The notes beneath the pieces are model-generated. The model saw nothing but the letters and a program-made list of their open reading frames with translations. It was not told where the DNA came from and searched no databases. This document shows positions 18,589-28,086 of a stretch of 32,000 bases of DNA, in pieces. Location of the stretch: positions 32,979 to 64,978 of the forward strand of contig CAZNZM010000006.1 in assembly GCA_964577555.1 (NCBI GenBank), written 5' to 3'. Every line of letters begins with the position of its first letter. Position 1 is the stretch's first letter. Origin of the DNA: an uncultured archaeon. GTDB taxonomy: Archaea > Iainarchaeota > Iainarchaeia > Iainarchaeales > Iainarchaeaceae. The translations under genes and the position numbers were made by a program.

Positions 18589-19589
18589 AGCTTTTTTTAT
18601 CCCACACAAATTATTCGGAAGTTATGGGCGGAGTAGAAGTATATTCAAGTTTCATGAAACGCGTTTTTTCAGACATAAATTTTTTGGATTACCATTCATT
18701 AAAATCTGATTTAGGCAACTCCGTTAACCCTTTTTTTCGCGAGCCTGAAAGAGCTAAAAAGCTTGGGGAATTTGTTGAAAAAAATTTTTCCGACGTTGAA
18801 ATTATTTTTACAAATGGAATGTTTTGCTGGAACATTAAAAGAATTCCGCAAATAAATATTTGCCACGGCACTTACAAGGCTTTTGCAGAAGCCGCGGTTT
18901 CAAAGTTTAATCCTGATTATTATAGGCTAAGTTATATATACTCTTATTTTGAAAAAATTGCCGCGGTTAATTCCTCAAAAATCGTTGCCAATTCTTCAAT
19001 GACTGCAAAAAATGTTTCAAAATTTTTCGGACGCAAAGCCGAAATAATATATCCGCCTGTAGATCTTGAAGTTTTTTCCATCAAACCCAAAGAATTTGCA
19101 AAAAAAAAGCTTGGCTGGCAAGGAACAAATGCATTGTTTGTAGGCAGACCAGAAAGAGCCAAAGGGTTTCATTTTATTGAAGACCTAGCCAAGAAAAACC
19201 CACAAATAGAATTCCGATGCATACTTTCAAGGAAATACTGTACTACAACACCTAATATTTCAGTTTACCAAAACGTGCCTCACTCAAAATTGCCTGTTTT
19301 TTATAATGCATGCGACGTAGTTTTGTTTCCTTCCTTGTTTGAAGGATGCGGTTTAGTCACTTTAGAAGCACTTTCATTGAACAAAAAAATCGTTTGCCTT
19401 AAAACAGGAATAGCATTGGAAATTGATTCAGACAACTTGGTAATTTCTCAGCCTTCTATTGATTCGCTCAACGAAAATCTTCAAAATTCCTTAAACTCCA
19501 GCAATTCAAATTCAAGGAAAATAATTAAATCAAAGTTTTCTTTTCAAAAATTCAAAAAGGAGTGGAAAAATGCAGTCAATTCAAGATAA
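18585..19589 (+). CDS. GT-B family 4 glycosyltransferase
   Basis: NYSEVMGGVEVYSSFMK; ALFVGRPERAKGFHFIEDLAKK; FPSLFEGCGLVTLEALSLNKKIVC. Confidence 0.88.
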   Translation: MKLFLSHTNYSEVMGGVEVYSSFMKRVFSDINFLDYHSLKSDLGNSVNPFFREPERAKKLGEFVEKNFSDVEIIFTNGMFCWNIKRIPQINICHGTYKAFAEAAVSKFNPDYYRLSYIYSYFEKIAAVNSSKIVANSSMTAKNVSKFFGRKAEIIYPPVDLEVFSIKPKEFAKKKLGWQGTNALFVGRPERAKGFHFIEDLAKKNPQIEFRCILSRKYCTTTPNISVYQNVPHSKLPVFYNACDVVLFPSLFEGCGLVTLEALSLNKKIVCLKTGIALEIDSDNLVISQPSIDSLNENLQNSLNSSNSNSRKIIKSKFSFQKFKKEWKNAVNSR

Positions 19590-20739
19590 AATAGTTTTAA
19601 TAGTTACTCCTTATGCAGAACCTGAAAAAGGAGCCTGCACATTAAGAGTTAATTTCTTTAAGGATGTTTTAGAAAGACAAGGTTGCCAAGTTTTAGTGCT
19701 GGCTCCTTACAGAAAATCTGTTAGTGAAGTAGAAGGAGTTTTAAGGTATAAATCCAAATTCGATTTGGTTTCAAAGATGCTGTCAATTTTCAACAGCCGC
19801 AAAGCAAAATTTTTTGTTATAGGTGTTTCCCCACCTTTATTTACCAACTTGTTTGTAATGATTGCCTCAAAGCTCGGAAAAGCCAAATTCATTCTAGACG
19901 CAAAAGACGACGGGCAATACTATAAAAAAAATTCTTTAGGAATATTAAAATCACTAAAAAGACTAGTTTATTTAACAACAAGAAGAGTTGTTTACAAGAA
20001 TGCTGATAGCCTCATGTTTCTTTCTAATTCAGATTTAAAAGAAGCAAAGGAAAACTATTCTATTCCAATTCATAAAATGCATATTGTAATGAACGGCACA
20101 AACACAATGAAAATTTTTTCAGACAAAGTTGCAAGAGCACGCATAAGAAAAAAATTCAGGATTCCCCAAAATTCCATAGTGCTTATTTATGCTGGAAGCC
20201 TTGGAGACGAAGAAATTTCAGATTTTATTGTTGAATGTTCAAACACTATAAAGTCTTCAAAAGCCAAACTATTAATGGTTGTCGCACATGAAAATTCTCT
20301 ACAAGGAGATTATGAAATTAAATCCCTTAAGTCAATTATAAAATCACAAGGCTTGGAAAAAGACGCTTTTATTTTTGAAAATATTCCATATGAAGAATTG
20401 AACAAATATTTGTCCGCTTCAGATATTGGAGTGCTTCCTTGGCCAGAAAACCTTATTACAAGCATTCCAGTAAAAATATTCGATTATGCTTCAGCAAGCC
20501 TTGCCATTGTCGCCAAAGCCCCACTCAATTCTGAAGCGTCAAACTTCATTCACAATAATAATTTGGGTTTTGCTGTTTCCGATTGGCAAAACTTCAAAAA
20601 AGCAATTGTTTTTCTTATAAAAAACAAATCAATGCTTGAGAAAATAAAACTGGAAAACAGGATTCAAGCTGAAAAATATTTTGACCGCTACAACCAAAAA
20701 AAATTTTTATTATCAGCGGTTTTCGGAGATTCATTTTGA
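19570..20739 (+). CDS. GT-B family 4 glycosyltransferase
   Basis: PYAEPEKGACTLRVNFFKDVLERQG; LIYAGSLGDEEISDFIVECS; 'SASDIGVLPWPENLITSIPVKIFDYASASLAIVAKA'. Confidence 0.87.
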   Translation: MQSIQDKIVLIVTPYAEPEKGACTLRVNFFKDVLERQGCQVLVLAPYRKSVSEVEGVLRYKSKFDLVSKMLSIFNSRKAKFFVIGVSPPLFTNLFVMIASKLGKAKFILDAKDDGQYYKKNSLGILKSLKRLVYLTTRRVVYKNADSLMFLSNSDLKEAKENYSIPIHKMHIVMNGTNTMKIFSDKVARARIRKKFRIPQNSIVLIYAGSLGDEEISDFIVECSNTIKSSKAKLLMVVAHENSLQGDYEIKSLKSIIKSQGLEKDAFIFENIPYEELNKYLSASDIGVLPWPENLITSIPVKIFDYASASLAIVAKAPLNSEASNFIHNNNLGFAVSDWQNFKKAIVFLIKNKSMLEKIKLENRIQAEKYFDRYNQKKFLLSAVFGDSF

Positions 20740-21327
20740 CGCAATTACCAATATTTCTGGTGAAAAGTCATGATTGGTTATTTTTGATTGAATTTTTTTT
20801 ATAAAAATTGGAATTAATCCTTTTTTGTAAATCCTATATATTTTTATGTTGTTGAAGTTTGCTTTTTTGAGTAAAGCGTATAATGTTCTTGGCGAGTAAG
20901 GTTTTACATGCGTTACGTCGTCAAAAAAACCCCATACAGGAAAATAGATATTGTTTGTTGTTATGATTATTTGGTTTGTCAATTTTGAACATTTTTGCAA
21001 CAAATTTATTGATTGTTCAGGATTCAAATGCTCTATTGTTGCAAAAATTGTTATCAAATCGAATTTTTCTTTTATTTCATCAATGTTTTTATAATCTGGT
21101 TTGGTGGTTAAATCAATATCTTGGGTTTTATATTCTTTCAAACTAATATTTTTTTGTTTGCAAAAACTTTCAAAATGCCTCCTGCTTGCGCCTATATCTA
21201 AAACTTTTTTTCCTTTTGCTATTTCGCTTGCAAACTCAAAAGAAGTTTTCAACATTAGCGGAATTTCACGAAAAGAATTATAATTTGAAAATTGTTTTCT
21301 GAAATCGTTATAAGTTGCCCAATCCAT
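20731..21327 (-). CDS. SAM-dependent methyltransferase
   Basis: KGKKVLDIGASRRHFESFCKQK; FDLITIFATIEHLNPEQSINLLQK. Confidence 0.82.
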   Translation of the reverse strand: MDWATYNDFRKQFSNYNSFREIPLMLKTSFEFASEIAKGKKVLDIGASRRHFESFCKQKNISLKEYKTQDIDLTTKPDYKNIDEIKEKFDLITIFATIEHLNPEQSINLLQKCSKLTNQIIITTNNIYFPVWGFFDDVTHVKPYSPRTLYALLKKANFNNIKIYRIYKKGLIPIFIKKIQSKITNHDFSPEILVIASK

Positions 21328-21365
21328 GTTATCTTATACTATTATTCATGTTTTTTTATTTATTG

Positions 21366-22724
21366 TTATTTTGACAGTTTTTGTATTTTGTAAAAAATTT
21401 TTTTGAGCAAATCAAAGTCCACTTTGTCTGGCAATAATACCTCGACTATTGAAAATGTTTTAATAGATTTTTTTATGATCACAATTTTTGAAAATAAATC
21501 TATAACTGCTGATATTAGCCTGCTTATTGCAATGCCAATTATATGAAGTTTCATAGTCAAAAAATAGCCCGTTAGCACGCTAATAATTAAAACCAGAATT
21601 GATGCGCCAGTCAATGCTTTTTGTTGTTTTAAATTGAAAATAATGGGTTTATATGGCGTATTTAGAATTATTGTGAAGATTATTAGAATGAATATTTTTA
21701 GAGCGTTTGCATTTTCTTGGATATTTTTATCCGGAATAGTTTTTAAAAACCAATCAACGCCAAACAGTATTATAAAAATAATAAGCGGAATGGAAAAATA
21801 AAAAACGTATTTTGTTGCTCTTATTATAATGTTTTTAGAGTTTTTCAATCCGCCTAATTTGGCTACAAGAGGATAAAATATAGTATCAAGCGGTTCAAAG
21901 AACTTAGCCAAAATTGAGTAAAATTTTGTAATTGCAAAATAAACTCCAGCCCATTTTACACCCAATACATGCTCAACAATCCAAATGGGAATATTGGCTT
22001 CAAGGTTTTTTATTTGAGAATTCAACAAAGCCCATTTGCCATGGCTTTTTAAGGTTTGTATGATTAGCGACTTGTCAGTATTCCTTTCTTTTAATAGAGT
22101 TTTTATTTCACTTGGTATTTTTGTTGCTCTTGCGAATATTGTGAAAATGTCAGACAAAATCATTGCCAAAAAAATCAATTCAACGCTTTTACCAACAAAA
22201 AAGAATAATACTGCTAACAAAAAAAGTTTTGAAATTGAATCAATAATTTGAAAAAAAACAAGTTTTTTAAAATCCGCGACAGTTTCAAACGAGGTTTGAT
22301 ACACAAGCTTTATTCCTGAAGTAAATATAAGAATTGAAACTAGTTGGATTATTGAAGAAATATTTTTTTTAAAAAAATCAGCAATCAAACCGCTAGAAAA
22401 AAAAACCACAAAAAACAAAATTAAACCAACTGCGATTTGAGTGTAAGCATATCCTTTAAACAACCCAGCAGCTCTTTTAACATTTCCTTCATTTAAATCC
22501 TTTGATACATCAGATATTACAACTTTTGACAAACCCAAGTCAATTAAAAAAGTAGCCAACGAAAGCCCAGAAACAGCAAGCCCATAAACGCCTAAATCAT
22601 AAGTGGTTATGGAACTTATAATAAAAATAAATATTGCATAGTTTATAGCGGTAATTAGCAAATTATTTCCAGCAATCAAACCCATGCTTTTAAAAATTTC
22701 CTTTAAATTACCCATGTTTTTCAC
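21366..22724 (-). CDS. Wzx/MATE-like oligosaccharide flippase
   Basis: About 12-14 hydrophobic segments. N-terminal 'GLIAGNNLLITAINYAIFIFIISSITTYDLGVYGLAVSGLSLATFLIDLGLSKVVI' is typical of polysaccharide transporters. Confidence 0.83.
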   Translation of the reverse strand: MKNMGNLKEIFKSMGLIAGNNLLITAINYAIFIFIISSITTYDLGVYGLAVSGLSLATFLIDLGLSKVVISDVSKDLNEGNVKRAAGLFKGYAYTQIAVGLILFFVVFFSSGLIADFFKKNISSIIQLVSILIFTSGIKLVYQTSFETVADFKKLVFFQIIDSISKLFLLAVLFFFVGKSVELIFLAMILSDIFTIFARATKIPSEIKTLLKERNTDKSLIIQTLKSHGKWALLNSQIKNLEANIPIWIVEHVLGVKWAGVYFAITKFYSILAKFFEPLDTIFYPLVAKLGGLKNSKNIIIRATKYVFYFSIPLIIFIILFGVDWFLKTIPDKNIQENANALKIFILIIFTIILNTPYKPIIFNLKQQKALTGASILVLIISVLTGYFLTMKLHIIGIAISRLISAVIDLFSKIVIIKKSIKTFSIVEVLLPDKVDFDLLKKIFYKIQKLSK

Positions 22725-22727
22725 AAT

Positions 22728-23690
22728 TTATTTGTTCAATTTCTTTTCTTTTTGATAATCCAAATACCATTCTATAAACATAGGTATCCCTTTTTCTAGC
22801 TTGATTTTTGGCTTGAACCCTATTGTTTTTTTTGCAAGCGTAATATCCGCTATTGTGCTTTTTACATCTTCCAATTTTCCTTTTTTTATTTCTATTTTTG
22901 CTTTTTTTCCAAGGTTTTCTTCGATTAAGCTTATTATTTTTTTAAGCGTGTTTGGTTGAGAATTTCCTATGTTGTATATTTTGAATCCTTTACATTTTTT
23001 TATTGATAGCATTATTGCGTCTATTGTGTCGCTAACATATGTAAAGTCTCTTTCTATTTCCATTGAACCAAATACTTCTATTTTTTTTCCATGAAAAATA
23101 TTGTTTGTAAATTTGTATACAGCCATGTCCGGCCTTCCGCCGGGACCGTAAACCGTAAAAAGTCTTGGAATCATGATTTCTGTTCTGTTGATATGGTGTA
23201 ATGCTTCAGCCATTGCCTCCATGCTGATTTTTGAAGCTGCATAGATACTGCACGGCGTATTAATAGTCATTGTTTCTTTGAATGGAGGTTTTTGCAAGCC
23301 GTACACGCTTGATGTTGATGCAGCAACCACTTTTTTTATTCCTTCTTCCTCAGCAAATTTCAGTATGTTTGCAGTACCAAGAACGTTGGTGAGTATGTAA
23401 CTTGATGGTTTTTTTGTTGATTCTCTTACCCCTGTTTTTGCGGCAAGGTGTATTATATGTGTTATTCCCATTCCTTTCAGTTTTGAAAGGTCTTTTGTTT
23501 TTGTAATATCCAATTTGGCAAATTCACCGTATTTTCCAGATTTTATTTTTTTAATGTTTTCCAGTTTTATGTCAAGACCGTATGTGTTGCTTAGGTTATC
23601 TATTCCTATGAATTTTATTTTTTCTTTTTCCAACCTTTCAACAAGGTTTCCTCCAATAAAACCTGCAGCGCCTGTTACAAGAATTTTCAT
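22728..23690 (-). CDS. SDR nucleotide-sugar 4-epimerase, UDP-glucuronate 4-epimerase-like
   Basis: ILVTGAAGFIGGNLVERLEKE; HLAAKTGVRES; YAASK; PRLFTVYGPGGRPDMAVYKF. Confidence 0.85.
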   Translation of the reverse strand: MKILVTGAAGFIGGNLVERLEKEKIKFIGIDNLSNTYGLDIKLENIKKIKSGKYGEFAKLDITKTKDLSKLKGMGITHIIHLAAKTGVRESTKKPSSYILTNVLGTANILKFAEEEGIKKVVAASTSSVYGLQKPPFKETMTINTPCSIYAASKISMEAMAEALHHINRTEIMIPRLFTVYGPGGRPDMAVYKFTNNIFHGKKIEVFGSMEIERDFTYVSDTIDAIMLSIKKCKGFKIYNIGNSQPNTLKKIISLIEENLGKKAKIEIKKGKLEDVKSTIADITLAKKTIGFKPKIKLEKGIPMFIEWYLDYQKEKKLNK

Positions 23691-23691
23691 A

Positions 23692-23805
23692 TTATTTATT
23701 TTTTGTTGTAATACATTTTAAAGCTTCAAGTAAAGGTTTTTTTGCACCTTCTGTACCAAAACCAATATAATTTTCCGCTATTTTTCCATTTTTATTGGTA
23801 TGCAT
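23692..23805 (-). CDS. Tentative 37-aa small ORF
   Basis: ATG...TAA reads MHTNKNGKIAENYIGFGTEGAKKPLLEALKCITTKNK. The start overlaps the 3' end of the upstream glycosyltransferase gene and it almost fills the gap to the next start. Confidence 0.25.
   Translation of the reverse strand: MHTNKNGKIAENYIGFGTEGAKKPLLEALKCITTKNK
23714..23723 (-). promoter_or_regulatory. Candidate TATA-like element for the 23690 start
   Basis: CTTTAAAATG on the minus strand, centred about 29 nt upstream of the ATG at 23690. Confidence 0.3.
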
Positions 23806-24868
23806 TAATTATTTTTTCATAATTTTTTTCCAAAGAATAATTTTCCGCTTTTTTCTTCAAGTCTTTTTGCAATTTTATTTTTTCTTCTATTCCAATTTTT
23901 ATCATGTTTTTTATTGCTTTTGCCGCTTCTTCCGGTTTTGAGTAATCCACCAAACAGTTTTTGAAATCCGAGAGTATTGATTTAAAACCCGAATTGTTTT
24001 GCACTATTGGAATGCATTTGCTTGCCATTGCTTCTACCAAAGAAATTCCAAATCCTTCATATTCGGAAGCCGAAATAAAAAATTCAGACGACGAATAAAG
24101 TTCTATGACTTGTTTTTCGCCAGGATTAAGTATGAATTCTATTTTTTCGGCAATTCCAAGTTCTTTGGCTTTTTTCAAATAATTTTCAAAAAGACCTTCG
24201 CTGTCAGTTCCTGCAATTGTAAGCTTGAAATTTTCATTTTTCAAGTTTGCAAGCGCATTAATCAACAATTCAATTCTTTTGTTTTTTGAGAATCTTCCAA
24301 GATAAAGCATAGTGCCAGGTTTTTTTTTGCCGCTTTTGAATTTTGAAATTACAATGCCATTTTCAATCAACGTTATTTTTTTACATATTTTTCCAAAAAT
24401 TTCATAATCGTTTTTGCTGACTGCGATTACCTTATCGGCAAAACCGAGTAAAATCCTTTGTATTATGTTGAAATAAAACCATTTTGCGAGCCCAATATTT
24501 TTTGTATGAAATATTCCGCCATGTGTTGATATTATTATTTTTTTTTTATGCAAAAATTTTGTTGCAAGAAGAAAATCAGAAAAAAACCCTATGCCGTGTA
24601 TGTGAATTATATCAAATTCTTTTATTTTTTTTATTATTTGTGGAGATATTTTGTAGTATTTTAAATCCAAAAATTCAAGTCTTTCCACAGAAATTTTTTC
24701 CACTATACTTGTTTTTGGCAGTTTTTCTCGGTTGTTTGCGCATTTGTTCAAGCATATTACTTTTACTTTGTGTCCTTTTAATGCAAGCAATTTGCTTGTG
24801 TCAAACACTACTTTTTCTACCCCGCCAACGCAAGGATGGAAATGGTTGCATACTTGCAATATATTCAT
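23792..24868 (-). CDS. GT-B family 4 glycosyltransferase
   Basis: MNILQVCNHFHPCVGGVEKVVFDTSKLLA; TMLYLGRFSKNKRIELLINAL; 'SEYEGFGISLVEAMASKCIPIVQ'. The start is reassigned to ATG 24868, giving a 4-nt ATGA overlap with the upstream gene. Confidence 0.9.
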   Translation of the reverse strand: MNILQVCNHFHPCVGGVEKVVFDTSKLLALKGHKVKVICLNKCANNREKLPKTSIVEKISVERLEFLDLKYYKISPQIIKKIKEFDIIHIHGIGFFSDFLLATKFLHKKKIIISTHGGIFHTKNIGLAKWFYFNIIQRILLGFADKVIAVSKNDYEIFGKICKKITLIENGIVISKFKSGKKKPGTMLYLGRFSKNKRIELLINALANLKNENFKLTIAGTDSEGLFENYLKKAKELGIAEKIEFILNPGEKQVIELYSSSEFFISASEYEGFGISLVEAMASKCIPIVQNNSGFKSILSDFKNCLVDYSKPEEAAKAIKNMIKIGIEEKIKLQKDLKKKAENYSLEKNYEKIINAYQ

Positions 24869-25860
24869 TTTGCCATCACTCTTCCCAAAAAACCTGCTGG
24901 CAATCCAAGCATAAATGCCGCTGTCCTTACTTGTATCATGAAAATTGAGAATAATGCGACTTTCCAATCTTTTCCAGCCATGAAAAAAAAGGATTTTATT
25001 ATGGTTGCAGTCGCAGCAATAAGCAATATTGTGTTTAATATAAGTAAAATTCCTGCTATTTCGTGTTGTCCTAAAAAGTAAAGTATTGGAACCATGAGCC
25101 ATTGCAAGGTTCCAAAGTATCCTGCAATAATTTGCACTTTTATAGAGTCAGTAGTATAGGAATCGCTAATAATCTTGTCAGGGTGTTTGTAATAAAGTTT
25201 TACTCTGTAAAAAGCACGATAAAATTTAATCCAAAAATATTTTATGATTGATTCAGGGTGCGAGTGATAAACTATTGCTTTTGGATTGAAAACCAGTTTT
25301 CGTCCCTTTTTGGATATTTTAAAACTTAATTCAGGGTCTTCGCCAGATGCTTTTGGAAAAGATTCGTCAAATCCACCTGCCTTGAAGAAATCCTCTTTTC
25401 TATAAGCTGCAGAGTAACTTCCTATCCAATCCAATTTGTCTCTTGAAGCCAACATTTTTTTGTATCTTTCTTCAATTTCATATTGCACAAATATTGCTAC
25501 CAAGGATTTTTGTTTTGTTTTGTATGCTCCTTGCACTCCAGCTACTTTTTTGTCTGAAAAAGGTTTCAACATTTCTTTCAACCAATTTAATTCAGCAATG
25601 CAGTCGGAATCGGTAAAAACCAGTATTTTTCCTTTTGCAATTTTTGCCCCATTGTTTCTTGCTGTTGCAGGCCCTGAATTTTTTTGGAATACAACTTTCG
25701 CTCCTAATTCTTTGGCAATTTTTGCAGTATTGTCTGTTGAACCATCATCAACTACAATTATTTCATAGTTGCCTTTATAATTCTGTTTTTTTAATGCTTT
25801 GATGCAATCCGCAATTGTTTTTTCGCTATTATATGCGGGAATTATTATGCTTGCATCCAT
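24865..25860 (-). CDS. Family 2 glycosyltransferase with C-terminal TM helices
   Basis: MDASIIIPAYNSEKTIADCIKAL; VVDDGSTDNTAKIAKELG; FTDSDCIAELNWLKEML. Confidence 0.9.
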   Translation of the reverse strand: MDASIIIPAYNSEKTIADCIKALKKQNYKGNYEIIVVDDGSTDNTAKIAKELGAKVVFQKNSGPATARNNGAKIAKGKILVFTDSDCIAELNWLKEMLKPFSDKKVAGVQGAYKTKQKSLVAIFVQYEIEERYKKMLASRDKLDWIGSYSAAYRKEDFFKAGGFDESFPKASGEDPELSFKISKKGRKLVFNPKAIVYHSHPESIIKYFWIKFYRAFYRVKLYYKHPDKIISDSYTTDSIKVQIIAGYFGTLQWLMVPILYFLGQHEIAGILLILNTILLIAATATIIKSFFFMAGKDWKVALFSIFMIQVRTAAFMLGLPAGFLGRVMAK

Positions 25861-26442
25861 TCAGCTCACTTTTATTGCCTTGATAATCATTTCTTCTTGC
25901 AATTCCTTTGGAAGAAATTCATGTATAATTTTTCTGAATATAAAAGTCCACTTGTTTTTGCTTCCATAAGAATTTTCTTCAGTATATGGTTGGCAGTAAA
26001 AATATTCTATTTTAAAACCGTTTTTTTCAAGAAGTTCTTTAAGCTCAAGATAATTGAACAAACTGAAATGCAATGGCGCGTGATAGTTTTTGAAAATCCT
26101 ATTTATCAAGCTATCTCTGTTAGGAGTTGTTATTATAATAATTCCATTTTTTTTCAAAACTCTATTGGCTTCTTTTACGAATTTTTCAGGATGATGCAAA
26201 TGTTCTATAAGTTCTCCAGCCAATAAAGAATCAAAAAACCCGTTTTTGAAAGGTATTTTTTCAGCGCTGGCTTTTTTGTAGTGGCTTGTTTCTTTTTTGA
26301 CTTCTATGTCTATGCCATAAACGTTTTTTTCTCCAAGTCTTGAAATCAGTTTGCTGTGCAATTCTCCTACTGAAAAACCCACGTCAAGTATTTTACCCTT
26401 AAGATTAGATAATGCAAAATTTATTCTGTCCATATTAATCAA
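25861..26442 (-). CDS. SAM-dependent methyltransferase
   Basis: LKGKILDVGFSVGELHSKL; FFDSLLAGELIEHLHHPEKFVKEANRVLKKNGIIIITTPNRDS. Confidence 0.88.
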   Translation of the reverse strand: MINMDRINFALSNLKGKILDVGFSVGELHSKLISRLGEKNVYGIDIEVKKETSHYKKASAEKIPFKNGFFDSLLAGELIEHLHHPEKFVKEANRVLKKNGIIIITTPNRDSLINRIFKNYHAPLHFSLFNYLELKELLEKNGFKIEYFYCQPYTEENSYGSKNKWTFIFRKIIHEFLPKELQEEMIIKAIKVS

Positions 26443-26499
26443 AAATAATAACGATTGTTGTTAATTAGTGTTTTGGAACACCGATATTTTTATTGCAAT

Positions 26500-27990
26500 T
26501 CAAGTTACTTGTTTTGTCGCCGCAGATTTTTTCCAAAAATCAATGTCAAACAAGTATTTTGCAAAGGTTTTTGCACCCATTATAAGCCTAGGAGCTTCTC
26601 GCGGCTGTGTTGCTATAAGCTTCAACCTGCTAATAATATATTCTGGCCTCATATAAAATTCTTTTCTAGCCAAATCGCATGCTTCAACAAGTTCTTTGGC
26701 TGAAAGCTTGTCAGTATTAAGCAAAGTATTGTGCGTTCCTTCAGCGGTAAGCCAATCATCCCAATTTGTAGTAGTTATGAATTTGTTTTCATAAGCCCAT
26801 TTGAAAGCTTCAGTGCCAGGATAAACCATCAAAGGAAAAAATTGTGCAGTATCAGGAGCAAGTTTCTTTGCCCATTCAACAGTCTTTCTAATAGTTTCCT
26901 TTGTTTCACCCTTGTTGCCCATCATAAAACAACCATGCACAAGTATCCCAGCTTTTTTTGTATCATCCATGAATTGCTCTATATTTTCTATTCTTGTAAC
27001 TTTCTTTATATTGTTAAATATTTCCTGCTCCGCGCTTTCAAAACCTACGCATAAAAGCCTGCACCCGGCTTTTTTCATCCATTGCAACGTTTCAAGATCA
27101 ACGTCAGCGCGAGAATTACAAGTCCAAGTTACTTTAAGGCCTCTATTCACAACTTCCTTGCAAATCTCTATTGTCCTTTGCTTGTCTTGAGTAAGAGTAT
27201 CATCTTCAATCATAATGTCCTTTACATATGGCAAATTTTTTGTTATCCATTCGAATTCATCAACAACATTTTTGACGCTTCTTGCCCTGTAAAAATGACC
27301 TGTCAAAGTTTGAGGCCATTTACAAAAAGTGCACCTGAATTTACAACCCCTGCCTGTTATTATTGTGACTTCCGGATAAAGAACCGAAGGATAAAAATAA
27401 TCCTTTATTTTCAAGTGCCTGTTATAAACTTCACTGACAAAAGGCATTTGATCCAAATCAGGTTGCTCAATAGGAGGCATATTCGGAGTGAACTTTATTT
27501 TGCCATCAGAATCCCTGTAAGTCAAACCCAACACATTATCCAACGGCTTGTTTTTTTCCAACGCCTCGGCAAGGTCCCTTACAATAAAATCATATTCGCC
27601 TCTTGCAACAGCATCTATTTTTTTGCTCGCATTAAGACTCATTTCAGGCAACGCGCTTACATGGGTTCCAACCATCAACGTAAAAGCTTCAGGCAATGCA
27701 TCTTTAAGCTTCTCAACAACTTTAACATCATTATTAAACGACGCAGTCACGGAATCCACTACAATAAGCCTTGGCTTCCAATTATTCACTATTTCAATTA
27801 CATCTTCAATTTTCATTCCAGAAGCTGGACAATCAAGAAGTTTCACATCATGCCCGGCTTTTTCTAACACTCCTGTAGCATAACCCATCCAAATAGGATA
27901 ATAAACACAACCTCCTTTTGAAATCGCAGGACTCCTGCTTGTCCTTGAAAACCTGTAAAGAAAAGGAGGATTCAACATCAATACTCTCAT
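26500..27990 (-). CDS. Radical SAM protein with N-terminal B12-binding-like domain
   Basis: N-terminal MRVLMLNPPFLYRFSRTSR...PIWMGYATGVLEKAGHDVKLLDCPA. Radical SAM motif GRGCKFRCTFCKWPQT (CxxxCxxC). Start assigned to ATG 27990. Confidence 0.87.
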   Translation of the reverse strand: MRVLMLNPPFLYRFSRTSRSPAISKGGCVYYPIWMGYATGVLEKAGHDVKLLDCPASGMKIEDVIEIVNNWKPRLIVVDSVTASFNNDVKVVEKLKDALPEAFTLMVGTHVSALPEMSLNASKKIDAVARGEYDFIVRDLAEALEKNKPLDNVLGLTYRDSDGKIKFTPNMPPIEQPDLDQMPFVSEVYNRHLKIKDYFYPSVLYPEVTIITGRGCKFRCTFCKWPQTLTGHFYRARSVKNVVDEFEWITKNLPYVKDIMIEDDTLTQDKQRTIEICKEVVNRGLKVTWTCNSRADVDLETLQWMKKAGCRLLCVGFESAEQEIFNNIKKVTRIENIEQFMDDTKKAGILVHGCFMMGNKGETKETIRKTVEWAKKLAPDTAQFFPLMVYPGTEAFKWAYENKFITTTNWDDWLTAEGTHNTLLNTDKLSAKELVEACDLARKEFYMRPEYIISRLKLIATQPREAPRLIMGAKTFAKYLFDIDFWKKSAATKQVT

Positions 27991-28086
27991 TTTTTTCACC
28001 AACCAAATAATGCTTATTTTCAAATTTAATTATTATCACGTGTTAATTCCAATTATTTTTCAGTTTAAAAATCCTTTTTGGTACAA

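Noticed and set aside
24869-25102. N-terminal extension of the GT4 ORF beginning MAHGSNTLLFRTTRNSRNF
   Set aside because: It overlaps the upstream GT2 gene in another frame. The conserved start MNILQVCNHFHPCVGGVE at 24868 gives the usual 4-nt overlap.
26912-27883. Several + strand ORFs (26912-27190, 27082-27867, 27548-27883)
   Set aside because: Antisense to the radical SAM gene. They show no recognisable motifs and are typical mirror ORFs.
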